Assembly (NCBI GenBank): GCA_963678065.2
Contig: CAXXVZ010000003.1
Span: 1,120,001-1,184,000, forward strand
Source of the DNA: Treponemataceae bacterium
GTDB lineage: Bacteria; Spirochaetota; Spirochaetia; Treponematales; Rectinemataceae
Length of the DNA stretch: 64,000 nt
Direction of reading: 5' to 3'
The translations under genes were made by a program, and so were the position numbers. The notes beneath the pieces were generated by a model. It was not told the DNA's origin, did no database searches, and saw nothing but the letters and a program-made list of their open reading frames with translations. Shown piece by piece: positions 37,079 to 47,241 of the stretch (positions are counted from its first letter, which is position 1; each line of letters starts with the position of its first letter).

Positions 37079-38212
37079 TTATCCGCGGCAGACGCTTCGC
37101 GCGGTTTTTAGCCAGACGAGACTTTTTTCCAGAGTGTCCCTTCCTCCCTGATAGAGCGCGTCGGCCCAGATCTCGGCCCTGCGCGTCTTCATCGCATCGA
37201 GCCTTGAGCCTATCGCGCCGCGCATCGTGGCTTCGTCCGCGCCCAGCACTTCGTTGACGGGGTGCATGCAGCACTGGAAGGCCGTTTCAGTACCGAAGAT
37301 CCTGTCGGCGGCTACGACATCCGTCGATTGCGAGATGTGCATGAGTTCGGGCTTCAGTTCCTTCAGTTTCGGAAGGAAGGGCGTCATGTTGCCGCAGCTG
37401 TGGTAGTACCGCAGCGCGCCGTAGAAATCGCGAAGCTTCTTTTCCGCGGGGTAGATGTATTCTTCGTATGTCGAGGGCGAGAACAGGTTCCCGTCGACCT
37501 CATCGTTGAACTCGTCGCCTGAGGAAATCCTCCGGTACACCACATACTGCCAGTCTTTCGACTGATCGCGCGGATCTACTCCGAGGAAGGCGCAGCGCTG
37601 TTTTTCCCACGCGATGCGCGACTCGACGATGAAATCCAAAAGGTCGACCACGAACTCAGGATCGTCGGCGAGGTCCATGTACAGCTCGTTGAAGCCGCGC
37701 AGCATGCAGGCGATGCTCCAGGGGCCGCGTGCCCAGCCAGGGAAGCGCACCGGCACGGGGCCGGCGAGCCGCTGCATCTCTGCATGTATCGCGTGGACCC
37801 TGGGCATGAGGCCGCTTGAGAAGAAATCGGGCCTCTTCAACTTCGCGAGCTCCGAATGCTCCACGATCACTGGCTCTGTGTACATGGGATCGGTGCTCTC
37901 GGAGAAATGCGAGCCGACGCCGAACAGCGAAGGTTCCAGGGCGACGCCGAAATCGAGGCCCAGGGTGGGCTCGATGACGGTGTCGTCGGGAATGTTGTCG
38001 TGCCAGAAGAGCTTCCACCGCATCTGGGCGGCCAGGGCCACTTCCGGTTTCTCGAAATACTCCATCAGGCTGAAATCGACGATATTTTTCCAGACGCTGC
38101 GGCCCAGGCCCACGTGGAAGCTGATCCTCCGGGGGGCTTCCATCAGTCGTGCGTTGCGCGGCGAAAAGGAGAGCGCCTGGAAACGGCCGATCAGCGCGTC
38201 AAGTTCACTCAT
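37079..38212 (-). CDS. uroporphyrinogen decarboxylase/MtaA-CmuA superfamily protein
   Basis: GPWSIACMLRG...LYMDLADDPE...FSPSTYEEY...YHSCG. Confidence 0.7.
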   Translation of the reverse strand: MSELDALIGRFQALSFSPRNARLMEAPRRISFHVGLGRSVWKNIVDFSLMEYFEKPEVALAAQMRWKLFWHDNIPDDTVIEPTLGLDFGVALEPSLFGVGSHFSESTDPMYTEPVIVEHSELAKLKRPDFFSSGLMPRVHAIHAEMQRLAGPVPVRFPGWARGPWSIACMLRGFNELYMDLADDPEFVVDLLDFIVESRIAWEKQRCAFLGVDPRDQSKDWQYVVYRRISSGDEFNDEVDGNLFSPSTYEEYIYPAEKKLRDFYGALRYYHSCGNMTPFLPKLKELKPELMHISQSTDVVAADRIFGTETAFQCCMHPVNEVLGADEATMRGAIGSRLDAMKTRRAEIWADALYQGGRDTLEKSLVWLKTARSVCRG

Positions 38213-38224
38213 GTCGATGCTCCC

Positions 38225-39502
38225 CTATTTCACGAACATGAGCGCGGGCAGCCAGGTCGTCAATTTCGGAACGTAGGCGACCAGGAGCACAACGATCCAT
38301 GGAATGGTGGCGAAGGGGATGAGGTACTTGAGCAGTTCCTTCATGGTGATCTTGGCGATGGCCTGCGTGATGAACAGAAGGACGCCGACCGGCGGCGTTA
38401 TTCCGCCGAGAATGAGGCAGATGGCGATGACCGTCGCGAAGTGGATGGGATCGTAGCCGAACTGGAGGCCTACCTGGGAGAGGATCGGGATCAGGATGAC
38501 GGCCGCCGCTATCGTCTCGACGAAGCATCCGACGATGAAGAGGAAGACCACGACGAGGAACATGATCACCTTCGGATCGTTGGAGAGCGAGAGCAGGAAC
38601 TTTGCCGCGATCTCGGGGAACTGCTGGCTGGCTAATATCCATCCGAACACCGAGGCGCCCGCGACAATGATCATGATCATGCTGGTGGTGGTGGCGGCTT
38701 TCTTCACGATCTTCGGCAGGTCTTTTATTCCGTATTCCTTGTAGACGAAAAGTCCGACGACGAAGGAATACACGGCGAGGATGACACCGGCTTCGGTGGC
38801 GGTGAACACGCCGCCGAGGATGCCGCCGATCACGACAAAGGGAGCGATGAGCGCCCAGATGGCGTCGATGAAGCTGTCCTTGAGTTCCTTAAAGCTGAAC
38901 GTGCCAGTACCCGCGATGCCGAGCTTCTTGGCCTGGAAGTAGTTCACGACCATGAGGCCGATGGCGATGAGGACGCCGGGGATCGCTCCGGCCATGAAGA
39001 GTTCGCCGATGGAGAGGCCTGTGATGGTGCCGTAGATGATCATGATGAGGCTGGGCGGGATGATGGGGCCGAGCGCGCCGGCGCAGGCCTGGAGGCTCGC
39101 GGCGTAGCCCTTCGGATAGCCGTTCTTGATCATGGAGGGCATCATGATGGTGCCGATTGCCGCCGTGTCGGCCGACGCAGAGCCGGAGATGCCCGCAAAT
39201 ATGGCGCTGGAGAGGACACAGGTCATGCCGAGTCCGCCCCGGATGGAGCCGACGCAGGCATTCGCGAAGCGCACGAGACGCCTCGATATGCCGCCTGAGT
39301 CCATGAGCTCGCCCGCTATCATGAAGAAGGGAATGGCCATGAGCGAGAACGAGTCGACCGATGTGATCATGCGCTGCACGACCACGAAGAGCGGCGTCTG
39401 GTTGACGGCCAGCGCGATCATCGAGGAGATCGCCATGCTGAAGCCGATGGGGATACCGATGGTCATCAGCACGAGAAACGAAATCATCAAAATTGTAAGC
39501 AT
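38225..39502 (-). CDS. dctM: TRAP transporter large permease
   Basis: AIPFFMIAG, FAGISGSASAD, IIPPS, FTATEA, ITPPVG. Confidence 0.95.
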   Translation of the reverse strand: MLTILMISFLVLMTIGIPIGFSMAISSMIALAVNQTPLFVVVQRMITSVDSFSLMAIPFFMIAGELMDSGGISRRLVRFANACVGSIRGGLGMTCVLSSAIFAGISGSASADTAAIGTIMMPSMIKNGYPKGYAASLQACAGALGPIIPPSLIMIIYGTITGLSIGELFMAGAIPGVLIAIGLMVVNYFQAKKLGIAGTGTFSFKELKDSFIDAIWALIAPFVVIGGILGGVFTATEAGVILAVYSFVVGLFVYKEYGIKDLPKIVKKAATTTSMIMIIVAGASVFGWILASQQFPEIAAKFLLSLSNDPKVIMFLVVVFLFIVGCFVETIAAAVILIPILSQVGLQFGYDPIHFATVIAICLILGGITPPVGVLLFITQAIAKITMKELLKYLIPFATIPWIVVLLVAYVPKLTTWLPALMFVK

Positions 39503-39522
39503 GGTTTTCGGTGCTCCTGTCG

Positions 39523-40029
39523 TCAGATGGCGTCGGGGTCTACTTCATCGGTCTGCTCCCGCATTTCCTCGGGGAGCTTGTCCTGCCAGAGGAGAATGCA
39601 GTCCAGCACCAGATAGAAGGCCATGAGCACAGCCCCGACAGGGATTGCGGCATAGATGAAGGACATTGGTATGAGTAGAGCCGTCGAAGCCTGTGTGCTG
39701 AGGATGGGCATCATCTTGAATCCTTGCTGGGCGAGCACGAGGACGAACGCAAGCATGATGGCGTTGTTGACGAGTGAAAATGCTTTCTTCAGCCCCGGTT
39801 TCATCGAGGCGATGACGATGTCCATGACGATGTGTTTCCGCCTGCGGACACAGAGCGCCGTACCGAGGTAGACGAGCCAGATGAACATGTAGCGGGCGAG
39901 TTCCTCCGCCCAGGTGAGGGAGTAATTGAGCACATAGCGCATGAACACGCTTACGAATGACAGGGTAACCAGGCCTGAGAACAGCGTGACCTGCAAGACG
40001 TCGAGCACGCCGATGATTTTCTTGAGCAA
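39523..40029 (-). CDS. dctQ: TRAP transporter small permease
   Basis: VFMRYVLN..LTWAEELARY...HIVMD, 4 TM segments; TTG start after GGAGG. Confidence 0.9.
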   Translation of the reverse strand: MLKKIIGVLDVLQVTLFSGLVTLSFVSVFMRYVLNYSLTWAEELARYMFIWLVYLGTALCVRRRKHIVMDIVIASMKPGLKKAFSLVNNAIMLAFVLVLAQQGFKMMPILSTQASTALLIPMSFIYAAIPVGAVLMAFYLVLDCILLWQDKLPEEMREQTDEVDPDAI

Positions 40030-40099
40030 TTGGAATTCCTCCCGGGAAGGGCAAGGGGAAGCATCCGGGCCGTTCCGGATGCTCCCGCTATGAAAACTC

Positions 40100-41089
40100 T
40101 TACTTTCCCGCGTCGACGATCTTCTGGATGAGGTCGTTGGCGCCGTACTTGTCACCGTACTCCTTCCAGACGGAAGACACTGCAGCCTGGAACTCGGCCT
40201 TGTTGACCTCGACCTTCTTCACGCCATTCTTGTAGAGCCCGGCGAGAGCCTCGCCATCGAGCTTCTCGGCAAGCTGTCGGCCATAGGCGCTGGCTTCGGC
40301 GGCGGATTCGGCGATGATTCTCTTCTGCTCGGCGTTGAGCGTTTTCCACACCAGCTCGCTGATGTTGATCGAGAGGACCGTGTAGATATGGCCCGTCATG
40401 ATCATGTACTTGGTGACTTCGTACATCTTCGAGGTGTAGGCGGCCTCGGCGGGCTGCTCGAATCCCTCGACGACCTTGGTCTGCACGGCGGTGTAGACTT
40501 CGCCCCAGGGGATGACGGTGGGATTCACGCCCATGGCCTGGAATGTCTTCACATAGACGGGAGACTCGGGCACGCGGAGCTTGATTCCCTTGAACTCCTT
40601 GACGGTCTTCACTTCCCTCGACAGGTACACGTTGCGGAACGCGGAATCCATCCAGCCGAGCGAGCGGACGCCCTTGGCGAGGAGGTCAGCCTGGAGCAGC
40701 TTGCCGATGTCGCCATCTTCGACCTTGCGGACGTGATCGTAATCCTTCCAGAGGTAGGGAAGATCGCAGATGCCCCAGCGGGGGGCGAAGTTGGAAAGAT
40801 AGCCCGCGTCGTTGATGGACATGTCGATGGTGCCGAACTGCATGCCTTCAACGAGGGCGCGCTGATCGCCGATGGTGCTGTTGGGGAACACCTTGATCTC
40901 GATCTTGCCGCCGGACTTGGCAGCCACGATCTCCGCGAGCTTCATCGCGGTCTTGACTACCGAGTGATCATTGGCAAGATGAGAACCGAGCCTGAGGATC
41001 TTCGTCTGCGCTCCGACTGAGACCGCAGAGCCTGCCGCAAACGCGATAGCCGCTGCGACAGTGAGAGCCACCATGGATTTCCTGAACAT
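40100..41089 (-). CDS. dctP: TRAP transporter solute-binding protein
   Basis: Signal peptide, VFPNSTIG, DLPYL, KGIKLRVP, WGEVYTAVQTKVVEG. Confidence 0.93.
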   Translation of the reverse strand: MFRKSMVALTVAAAIAFAAGSAVSVGAQTKILRLGSHLANDHSVVKTAMKLAEIVAAKSGGKIEIKVFPNSTIGDQRALVEGMQFGTIDMSINDAGYLSNFAPRWGICDLPYLWKDYDHVRKVEDGDIGKLLQADLLAKGVRSLGWMDSAFRNVYLSREVKTVKEFKGIKLRVPESPVYVKTFQAMGVNPTVIPWGEVYTAVQTKVVEGFEQPAEAAYTSKMYEVTKYMIMTGHIYTVLSINISELVWKTLNAEQKRIIAESAAEASAYGRQLAEKLDGEALAGLYKNGVKKVEVNKAEFQAAVSSVWKEYGDKYGANDLIQKIVDAGK

Positions 41090-41175
41090 TTCGTTCCTCC
41101 ATCTCCAAAAAACGCATTCTCCCTCTACGAAGGAGATTCATGGAAACAGTGTTGAATGTTTCCCCTTGGCCACAA

Positions 41176-42384
41176 TCAGGGGGCGCCGATTGCCCCGTAT
41201 CCTTCAATCCGCCTGGTGATTTTCGCAAGTCGTGACAGGCTGGCTTCGGGTGGAACATTGTCCGATACGCCGAGAATCAGCCCCCGCGGATCGCCCAGCC
41301 CGCCGAAAGTCATGTCGAGATATGCGTCGAATTCGCTCTCCGACATCGCGTCTTTCATGAGCGCGACCGCGGGTATCCCTCCCCACACTACAACGCCGGA
41401 GCCGACGCCGTCGCGGAATTCTCTCAGACTGAGCTCGGTCATGGGAGAAGGACAGACCGACTCGGCGATATGGAAGCCGCAATCGGGATAATCGGGCAGG
41501 AGGAGGCGATTCTCTCCGTCGGTGTGCGTCAGGAGGCGTTTCCCGCAGGACTGTGCCCTCTTTCCCGCCTTCTGCAGCCAGGGTTTTATTTCCTGCGCGA
41601 AAAACTCCGGGTATGTCGTGTTCTGGTCATAGTTTCCGCCCCAGAAAAACGCCTCGCAATCGCACTTAAGGACCGCGTCCAGAATCTTGTCGAAGAAGGG
41701 TTCCAGCCTCTTCGCAAAGGCACGCAGCGTATCCGGCTCATCCATGTAGAAGTAGAAAAAATCATTCAGGGGCATCAGGTCATGCATCACGAGGTGCATG
41801 GGGGAAGCGATGTTCAGGCCATGGGCCACCGCGAGCCCCTGTTCGCCGAGACGATTTTTGAAGGAAGCATACTTCTCCGGCCTCGGGATTACCTCGATAT
41901 TCTCATAAACCTGTGCGACCGCTTCCATGCACGATGCGGAATGGAGCGGATATGAGAGAGGATATGAGCGGATGAATGGTACGGAGATTCCCTGCCTGTT
42001 CATGTCCGCCGATTGGTGGATGTGGGTGAATACATCTCCTGCCGGCGCGTGGACGCAGGTTTTGAGGTTTTCCTCGTCATACTGGAATTCGAAAGGCAGA
42101 TTCTTCAGCTCCAGCTCGTAAGGATAATCCGGGTGGTTGTCGACCGCAAATCCGCGGAGAATGAGCGCATCCTTGGGCCGGGGAAGCGTGTAATCGGCCC
42201 GCACGGAATGGCAGCCGAATCCGAGGTTTTTCGCGATATCGACCGTGTTCATGCCATCGAAGCCTGCGGGCAAGGTCCCTTGAGCCTTGTTCGCGATGTA
42301 CCAGAGGTCCATGCGCGGCGCCCAGGCGAGATTGTCGGTCGGTGCCCGGTCGAGGGCAGCTGACATCCTTTGGCGATGTGTCAT
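41176..42384 (-). CDS. uroporphyrinogen decarboxylase/MtaA-CmuA superfamily protein
   Basis: MTHRQRMSAAL...D, SPMH, PEFFAQEIKP, HTDG, WGGIP, ILGVSDNVPP. Confidence 0.72.
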   Translation of the reverse strand: MTHRQRMSAALDRAPTDNLAWAPRMDLWYIANKAQGTLPAGFDGMNTVDIAKNLGFGCHSVRADYTLPRPKDALILRGFAVDNHPDYPYELELKNLPFEFQYDEENLKTCVHAPAGDVFTHIHQSADMNRQGISVPFIRSYPLSYPLHSASCMEAVAQVYENIEVIPRPEKYASFKNRLGEQGLAVAHGLNIASPMHLVMHDLMPLNDFFYFYMDEPDTLRAFAKRLEPFFDKILDAVLKCDCEAFFWGGNYDQNTTYPEFFAQEIKPWLQKAGKRAQSCGKRLLTHTDGENRLLLPDYPDCGFHIAESVCPSPMTELSLREFRDGVGSGVVVWGGIPAVALMKDAMSESEFDAYLDMTFGGLGDPRGLILGVSDNVPPEASLSRLAKITRRIEGYGAIGAP

Positions 42385-42456
42385 AAAGCTAGAGTAAGAG
42401 GCATTTTTAAATCGAGCATCCTTGAAAAGAGGAACTTTCTCCACTATTCTAAGGTC

Positions 42457-43323
42457 GTGACGGGGAAAAATATTGTCGACTTTAAATTCGGACTGTTCTG
42501 CGACATCGTGCATGTCCAGTCCTACGACTGTCTTCACCGTCACAACGAGGTCGAAATTCTCTTTTTCCCGAAAAACAACCCGGTGACTATCCGGTTCGGA
42601 GCGAAGATCATCGACCTGCTGCCCGATCAGACAGTTCTCTTCTGGGGAGCGATACCACATCAGCTGGTTTCGATTCCTCAGGATAATTTGCAGTACTGGG
42701 TGGCTATCCCTCCGGAAATATTCCTGTACCTGGACCTGTCTGTCTCCCTCGTCCGCGATGTCATGGATGGACGGGTTCTGATTGAGACGAACAAGGATCT
42801 CAGGCAGATGGATCTGGCGGAGTATCCGATATGGATGAGAGAGACCAAAAGCGATTTGGCGGAGACTCGCCGGACTATGCTGCTCTCGCTGGAGGCCCGC
42901 CTGCGACGTTTCGCCTATCAAGCCACGACGACAGATTCCCTGAATCCGCTCCCTGAAAAACATCTGTTGCCCAAGGACAAAAACGTTTTTCAGGGAATGT
43001 ATGACTATATCACGTTCAATTTCCGCAACCAAATCCGCATCGACGACATCGCCGAAGCCGTGGGCATTCATCCCAACTATGCCATTTCTCTTTTCAAATC
43101 AAAATGCGGCATCAACATCGTGAACCTGATCACTATGCTGCGAGTCTATGAAGCCCAGCGCCTGCTCCTGACGACAGATCAGAAGATCATCGATGTCGCC
43201 ATGGATTCCGGTTTCAGTTCGATGAGCAATTTTTACAAAAGCTTCAACCGTCTGTGCGGCAAGAAACCCCACGAGTACCGTCATTTCTCCGACTCGATGC
43301 GCACTGCGCCCAACCTCCAGTAA
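42457..43323 (+). CDS. AraC-family (MelR-like) transcriptional regulator
   Basis: Cupin HRHNEVE...FWGAIPHQ; HTH IAEAVGIHPNY...SGFSSMSNFY. Start chosen at the GTG downstream of a TTGAAA-N17-TATTCT promoter. Confidence 0.88.
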   Translation: MTGKNIVDFKFGLFCDIVHVQSYDCLHRHNEVEILFFPKNNPVTIRFGAKIIDLLPDQTVLFWGAIPHQLVSIPQDNLQYWVAIPPEIFLYLDLSVSLVRDVMDGRVLIETNKDLRQMDLAEYPIWMRETKSDLAETRRTMLLSLEARLRRFAYQATTTDSLNPLPEKHLLPKDKNVFQGMYDYITFNFRNQIRIDDIAEAVGIHPNYAISLFKSKCGINIVNLITMLRVYEAQRLLLTTDQKIIDVAMDSGFSSMSNFYKSFNRLCGKKPHEYRHFSDSMRTAPNLQ

Positions 43324-43358
43324 CCCGCTCAAGGCGCACTCGATGCGCATGAGCTTCG

Positions 43359-45902
43359 TCAGGGCCGTCCCTCCGGACAAAAGCCCGGACGCACGATCCT
43401 GAGGACGAAGTTCCGTCTTTCCGCCATGCCGGGGAAGCTCCCCACTCTGTCGGCGATCTCCAGACGGCCGGGCGCGTCATTCCAGGCCATGTCGGTGGTG
43501 GCGTACTCCCCGCTCTCGTATCCGTAGCCGTCCCCGGAGTCTTCGTAGAGCCTGAAATGGCCATCCCGGCCGGGACAGACGAGGATTTCGAGCTCCTCGG
43601 AGGCGCTGGCCCCGATGGCATCGCCTTCGGCCGCGAAAGGCAGGATCGCGCCGGCCCTCATGAAGACCGGGATGATGCGAAGGGGAGCGGAAGCCTCGAC
43701 CCATCCGGGTCCCGCGGGTTCTCCCGTCCAGAAATCAGCCCAGGGATCGGGGCCGGGAAGGTAGACGCGCCTCGTCGCAGGCGCATCGGGGATCGGCCGG
43801 GAACCGGGGCCGAAGCGCTGAGGCTCGGTGACAGGGCAGACCATGAGGGCGCCGCCGAGCATGAACTGGTCCTCCACGCCGAGCGCTTCGCTGTCCTCCG
43901 GAAAGTCGAAGACGAGGGCCCGCATCATGGTGTAGTCCGCGAAGGTGACAGCCCCCGCGAGGGAGTACAGATAGGCCTTGAGTCTGCGGCGCAATCGAAG
44001 GAAGCGGGCGAGCGCCTCGTAGATCTCGTCGCCCTGCTCTCCGAAGCGCCAGGGCTCGCGGGGGGTGTCGGTGCCGTGGGCGCGCATCATCGGCAGGAAG
44101 GTGCCGTACTGGAACCAGCGGAGGAAAAGTTCGCGGTAGCCTGCGTCGTCGACGCCTGAGTCGAAATCGCCCTGCCAGAACCACTGCTCCTTCGAGGCGA
44201 CGAAGAAGCCGCCGATGTCGTTCGTCCAGTAGGGCATGCCGGAGAGGCAGAAGTTGAGGCCCTCCGGAATCTGCCTGCGCAAGGTCTCCCAGCTCGCCGT
44301 CACGTCGCCCGACCACGTGAAGGTCCCGTATCTCTGCTGGCCGGGCGAGGCCGAGCGCGTGAGGTTGAGGACGCGTTTCCCGTCTTCGCAGGCCCGCTGG
44401 CCCTCCCAGATGCCGCGCGAGTGCTCGAGCGAATAGGCTTGGGCGATGCCCGGATCGAGGTATTCGGCGGCCATCCGGGTGTTGATCGCCATTCTCTCCT
44501 CGGGCTGGGCCTTGACCTTCCCCTTCCAGTCCGCCTCGAAGGGTTCGGTGCAGTCGCACCACCAGGCGTCAACGCCTGCATCGTAGAGCCCGCGCTTCGC
44601 CTGTTTCCAGTAGAGGGCGCGGGCGCCGGGATCGAAGGCGTCGTAGGTCGAGCCGTTTCCGAGGAGGAAACCCCGCTCGGCCATCTCGCGCCGGTCCGGG
44701 CTCTCTCCCTGCATGTGGGGCCAGACGGAGATCATGAATTTGACGCCCATGTCGTGGAGGGTCCTTGTCATCGCCGCAGGGTCGGGGAAACGGCCGGGGT
44801 CGAAGGATTTCTGCCCCCACAGCCCCTGTGGCCAGGAAAGCCAGTCGAGGACGACGCAATCGAGCGGCAGGTTCCGTCGACGGAACTCCCGCGCGACCGC
44901 GAGAATTTCTTCCTGGTTTTTGTATCGCTCCTTCGACTGGAAGTAGCCGAAAGCCCACGGAGGGGGCAGGGCCGCCCTGCCGGTGAGGGCGCGCATGCCG
45001 GCGACGACGCCGTCCGCGACGCCGGAAGTGAGGCCGGAAGTGAGGCCGGAAGTGAGGCCGGAGCTGTGGCCGGTGACGCTGCCACAGGCGTCGCCACCGG
45101 CATCGTTCTTGACTCCGCCGCCCGCGATGACGAAGAAGTCCAGGGCCCCGTCCGCCTCGCCGTGGAAGCATGAGCCGAAGGCATCGTCCCTGAAGATCAC
45201 GGGGGAAGAGCTGTTGTAGAGGATGCCGTATCCTCTCGAGGACAGAAGGAGAGGCAGGGCGACCTTCATGTTCTGTTGGTAGAGGTACTGACAGCGTCCG
45301 CGATAGTTCAGTTTTCCCTCTTCGTGCTGTCCTAGGCCGAAGAGGGCCTCTCCCTCCTGGAAGACGAGGTCGAGTCTGGTTTTATATGCATTTCGTAAAA
45401 AAACCGGGACGCCGGGATGTGCAATGGTCTTGATGCCGTCGGCGGTCTCGCGCACGGAAGTCTCCGAGGCCGAGTGATCGTAACGGTAGAGGACGACGGG
45501 GTCGAGAACCCGTCCTCCTCGTTCGCTCTCGCGGACGAGGAGGCGCCCACGCGCGTCGGACCAGGAGAAAGCCCCCGTGCCCAGATCGACGGAGAGCTTC
45601 AGGCCAGGGCCCTCCATCTCGATTCCCGCCTCCGTTTCGCGGACCTCGAAGGGGACTACAGTCCGGGCGCGCCCGGGATCGAGCATGGGCCCTTCGGGCA
45701 GGCACTTCGCTCGCCCCCGCCCCAAGTCTGACGTCGCAGCGGAACCCGTCCCGAGTCCCGAGCCCTCCGGCAGGCAGTAGACACGCACGATGCCAGGGGC
45801 CTCCCAGAGGACGAGGGTCTCGAGTCCCCTGCCCCGGACGAGAATGCCGGATTCCACACTGTTCCAGATACACGAACGCGACGGCGTTCCCGTATTCATC
45901 AT
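43359..45902 (-). CDS. glycoside hydrolase family 31 (alpha-xylosidase-like)
   Basis: FGLGQH, QSKERY, WWCDCTEP nucleophile motif, WSGDV, DIGGF, RAHGT, LYEDSGDG. Confidence 0.9.
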   Translation of the reverse strand: MMNTGTPSRSCIWNSVESGILVRGRGLETLVLWEAPGIVRVYCLPEGSGLGTGSAATSDLGRGRAKCLPEGPMLDPGRARTVVPFEVRETEAGIEMEGPGLKLSVDLGTGAFSWSDARGRLLVRESERGGRVLDPVVLYRYDHSASETSVRETADGIKTIAHPGVPVFLRNAYKTRLDLVFQEGEALFGLGQHEEGKLNYRGRCQYLYQQNMKVALPLLLSSRGYGILYNSSSPVIFRDDAFGSCFHGEADGALDFFVIAGGGVKNDAGGDACGSVTGHSSGLTSGLTSGLTSGVADGVVAGMRALTGRAALPPPWAFGYFQSKERYKNQEEILAVAREFRRRNLPLDCVVLDWLSWPQGLWGQKSFDPGRFPDPAAMTRTLHDMGVKFMISVWPHMQGESPDRREMAERGFLLGNGSTYDAFDPGARALYWKQAKRGLYDAGVDAWWCDCTEPFEADWKGKVKAQPEERMAINTRMAAEYLDPGIAQAYSLEHSRGIWEGQRACEDGKRVLNLTRSASPGQQRYGTFTWSGDVTASWETLRRQIPEGLNFCLSGMPYWTNDIGGFFVASKEQWFWQGDFDSGVDDAGYRELFLRWFQYGTFLPMMRAHGTDTPREPWRFGEQGDEIYEALARFLRLRRRLKAYLYSLAGAVTFADYTMMRALVFDFPEDSEALGVEDQFMLGGALMVCPVTEPQRFGPGSRPIPDAPATRRVYLPGPDPWADFWTGEPAGPGWVEASAPLRIIPVFMRAGAILPFAAEGDAIGASASEELEILVCPGRDGHFRLYEDSGDGYGYESGEYATTDMAWNDAPGRLEIADRVGSFPGMAERRNFVLRIVRPGFCPEGRP
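45021..45061. repeat. 12-bp in-frame tandem repeat (about 3.5 copies) inside GH31
   Basis: GCCGGAAGTGAG repeated; encodes SGLT-SGLT-SGLT-SG. Confidence 0.9.
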
Positions 45903-45981
45903 GACGCGCCCCCCATAGCTCGCGGCCCTTCACCGCGTCCGGAGAGTCCGGACGCACCGCGATGACACCCCGTGCCCTGAA

Positions 45982-47241
45982 TCATACCGCTACAACCGCG
46001 GGTACGGGTTTTATGAATGCCTGGCGAAGACTGTACGTATATGCGCCCTGGCAGGGTATCATCAGAATATCCCCGACACGGATGTCGTCTCCGAAGAAGG
46101 AGTAGCCGAAGATATCGTGGGGAGTGCACAGGGATCCTGTTATGGTGCACTCGCGCTCCCTCATGGAGGGACGGCTCAGGTTGAGGATCGGGAAATAATC
46201 GCTTTCAAAGCGGTCCCAGCCGATAGCGTTGATTCCGGCATCGGCGATGACAAGATCCGGCGCCTTTTTGTCCATGACGGTGAGGAAGAGATGCATGGCG
46301 TCATTGCAGATCCAGCGCCCGGGTTCGAAACAGATGCGGCAGGATCCGAGGACCTGAAGATACCTGCCGATCGCCTGGAACAAATCCTCGGCGAAGATAT
46401 CGAGCGGCGCTGCGGGAAGGCGGCAGTGCACGAGGGGTGAGGGCGGCTCAGGCGCCCCTGGGGCCCCCACATTCGCCCCTTCCGGATTCCCGCCCGAGGG
46501 TTCAGCCCGGAGCCACTCACCCTGTTCGGGCCAGTAGCCTCCCCCCACATCGACAAACGAGATCCGGTCGAGAGCCTCATGGGAAAGCCCCCGCAGGCTC
46601 AGGCCCAGAGCCGCGATGAAATCACACTGTGGTCTCGGTGAAAGATTCCAGCTTGTATGAAATTGGAGTCCCTGGAGCCGCACATGGGGGCACTCTCTGG
46701 CCTTCCTGAAAAAGGCCGGCAGATCCTCAAGCGGGATGCCGAATTTTCGCCACAGTCCGGCCGGATTCGTCGTCAGCCGTACCCCGGCACGGACAAGCCG
46801 ATCCCGCGCGGCGGCCGCCCGCTCGAGGCGATTCAATTCTTCGAAGCTATCCAGAAGAATGGTCACTGCGCCGTGATTCTGTACGGCCACGGCAAGCTCA
46901 TCCTCGGTTTTTCCCGGCCCGCTGAAAACAATATCCTGCGCGCCCAGAAGTATGGCCGTTTCCAGCTCCGCGCCGCTCGAGACATCGAGCCCATAGTGCA
47001 TTGCAAGCAGGGTTTCCGAAACGCGCGGATGGTTGTTGCTTTTCATCGCGAAATAAAACCCGCAGTCAGGCGACTTCGCCATGAAAGTCCGTCGGAAACG
47101 GTCGGCCCTCTGTCTGAGAATATCGGTTTCGAGAATATACACCGGCGATAAAGAAGTTCTCAGGATATCGAGATATCTCTCCTTGTTCCGGAAATACCCA
47201 TGCACGAAACCGGCCAGCTCCGACTCGGGGAACAGCATCAC
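45982..47241 (-). CDS. PLP-dependent decarboxylase (LysA/Orn-DAP-Arg family)
   Basis: FAMKSN, DVSSGAEL, FSGPGK, KFG, DVGGG, EPGRW, GSLCTPHD, GAY. Confidence 0.88.
   Translation of the reverse strand: MMLFPESELAGFVHGYFRNKERYLDILRTSLSPVYILETDILRQRADRFRRTFMAKSPDCGFYFAMKSNNHPRVSETLLAMHYGLDVSSGAELETAILLGAQDIVFSGPGKTEDELAVAVQNHGAVTILLDSFEELNRLERAAAARDRLVRAGVRLTTNPAGLWRKFGIPLEDLPAFFRKARECPHVRLQGLQFHTSWNLSPRPQCDFIAALGLSLRGLSHEALDRISFVDVGGGYWPEQGEWLRAEPSGGNPEGANVGAPGAPEPPSPLVHCRLPAAPLDIFAEDLFQAIGRYLQVLGSCRICFEPGRWICNDAMHLFLTVMDKKAPDLVIADAGINAIGWDRFESDYFPILNLSRPSMRERECTITGSLCTPHDIFGYSFFGDDIRVGDILMIPCQGAYTYSLRQAFIKPVPAVVAV

Noticed and set aside
42385..43071. N-terminal extension of the 631-aa minus-strand ORF
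   Set aside because: It is the antisense shadow of the AraC gene; the URO-D-like protein plausibly starts at MTHRQR (42384)
43359..45902. Sulfoquinovosidase that would make the cluster a sulfoglycolysis locus
   Set aside because: The nucleophile motif is WWCDCTEP (xylosidase-like), not the WMADFGE type of sulfoquinovosidases
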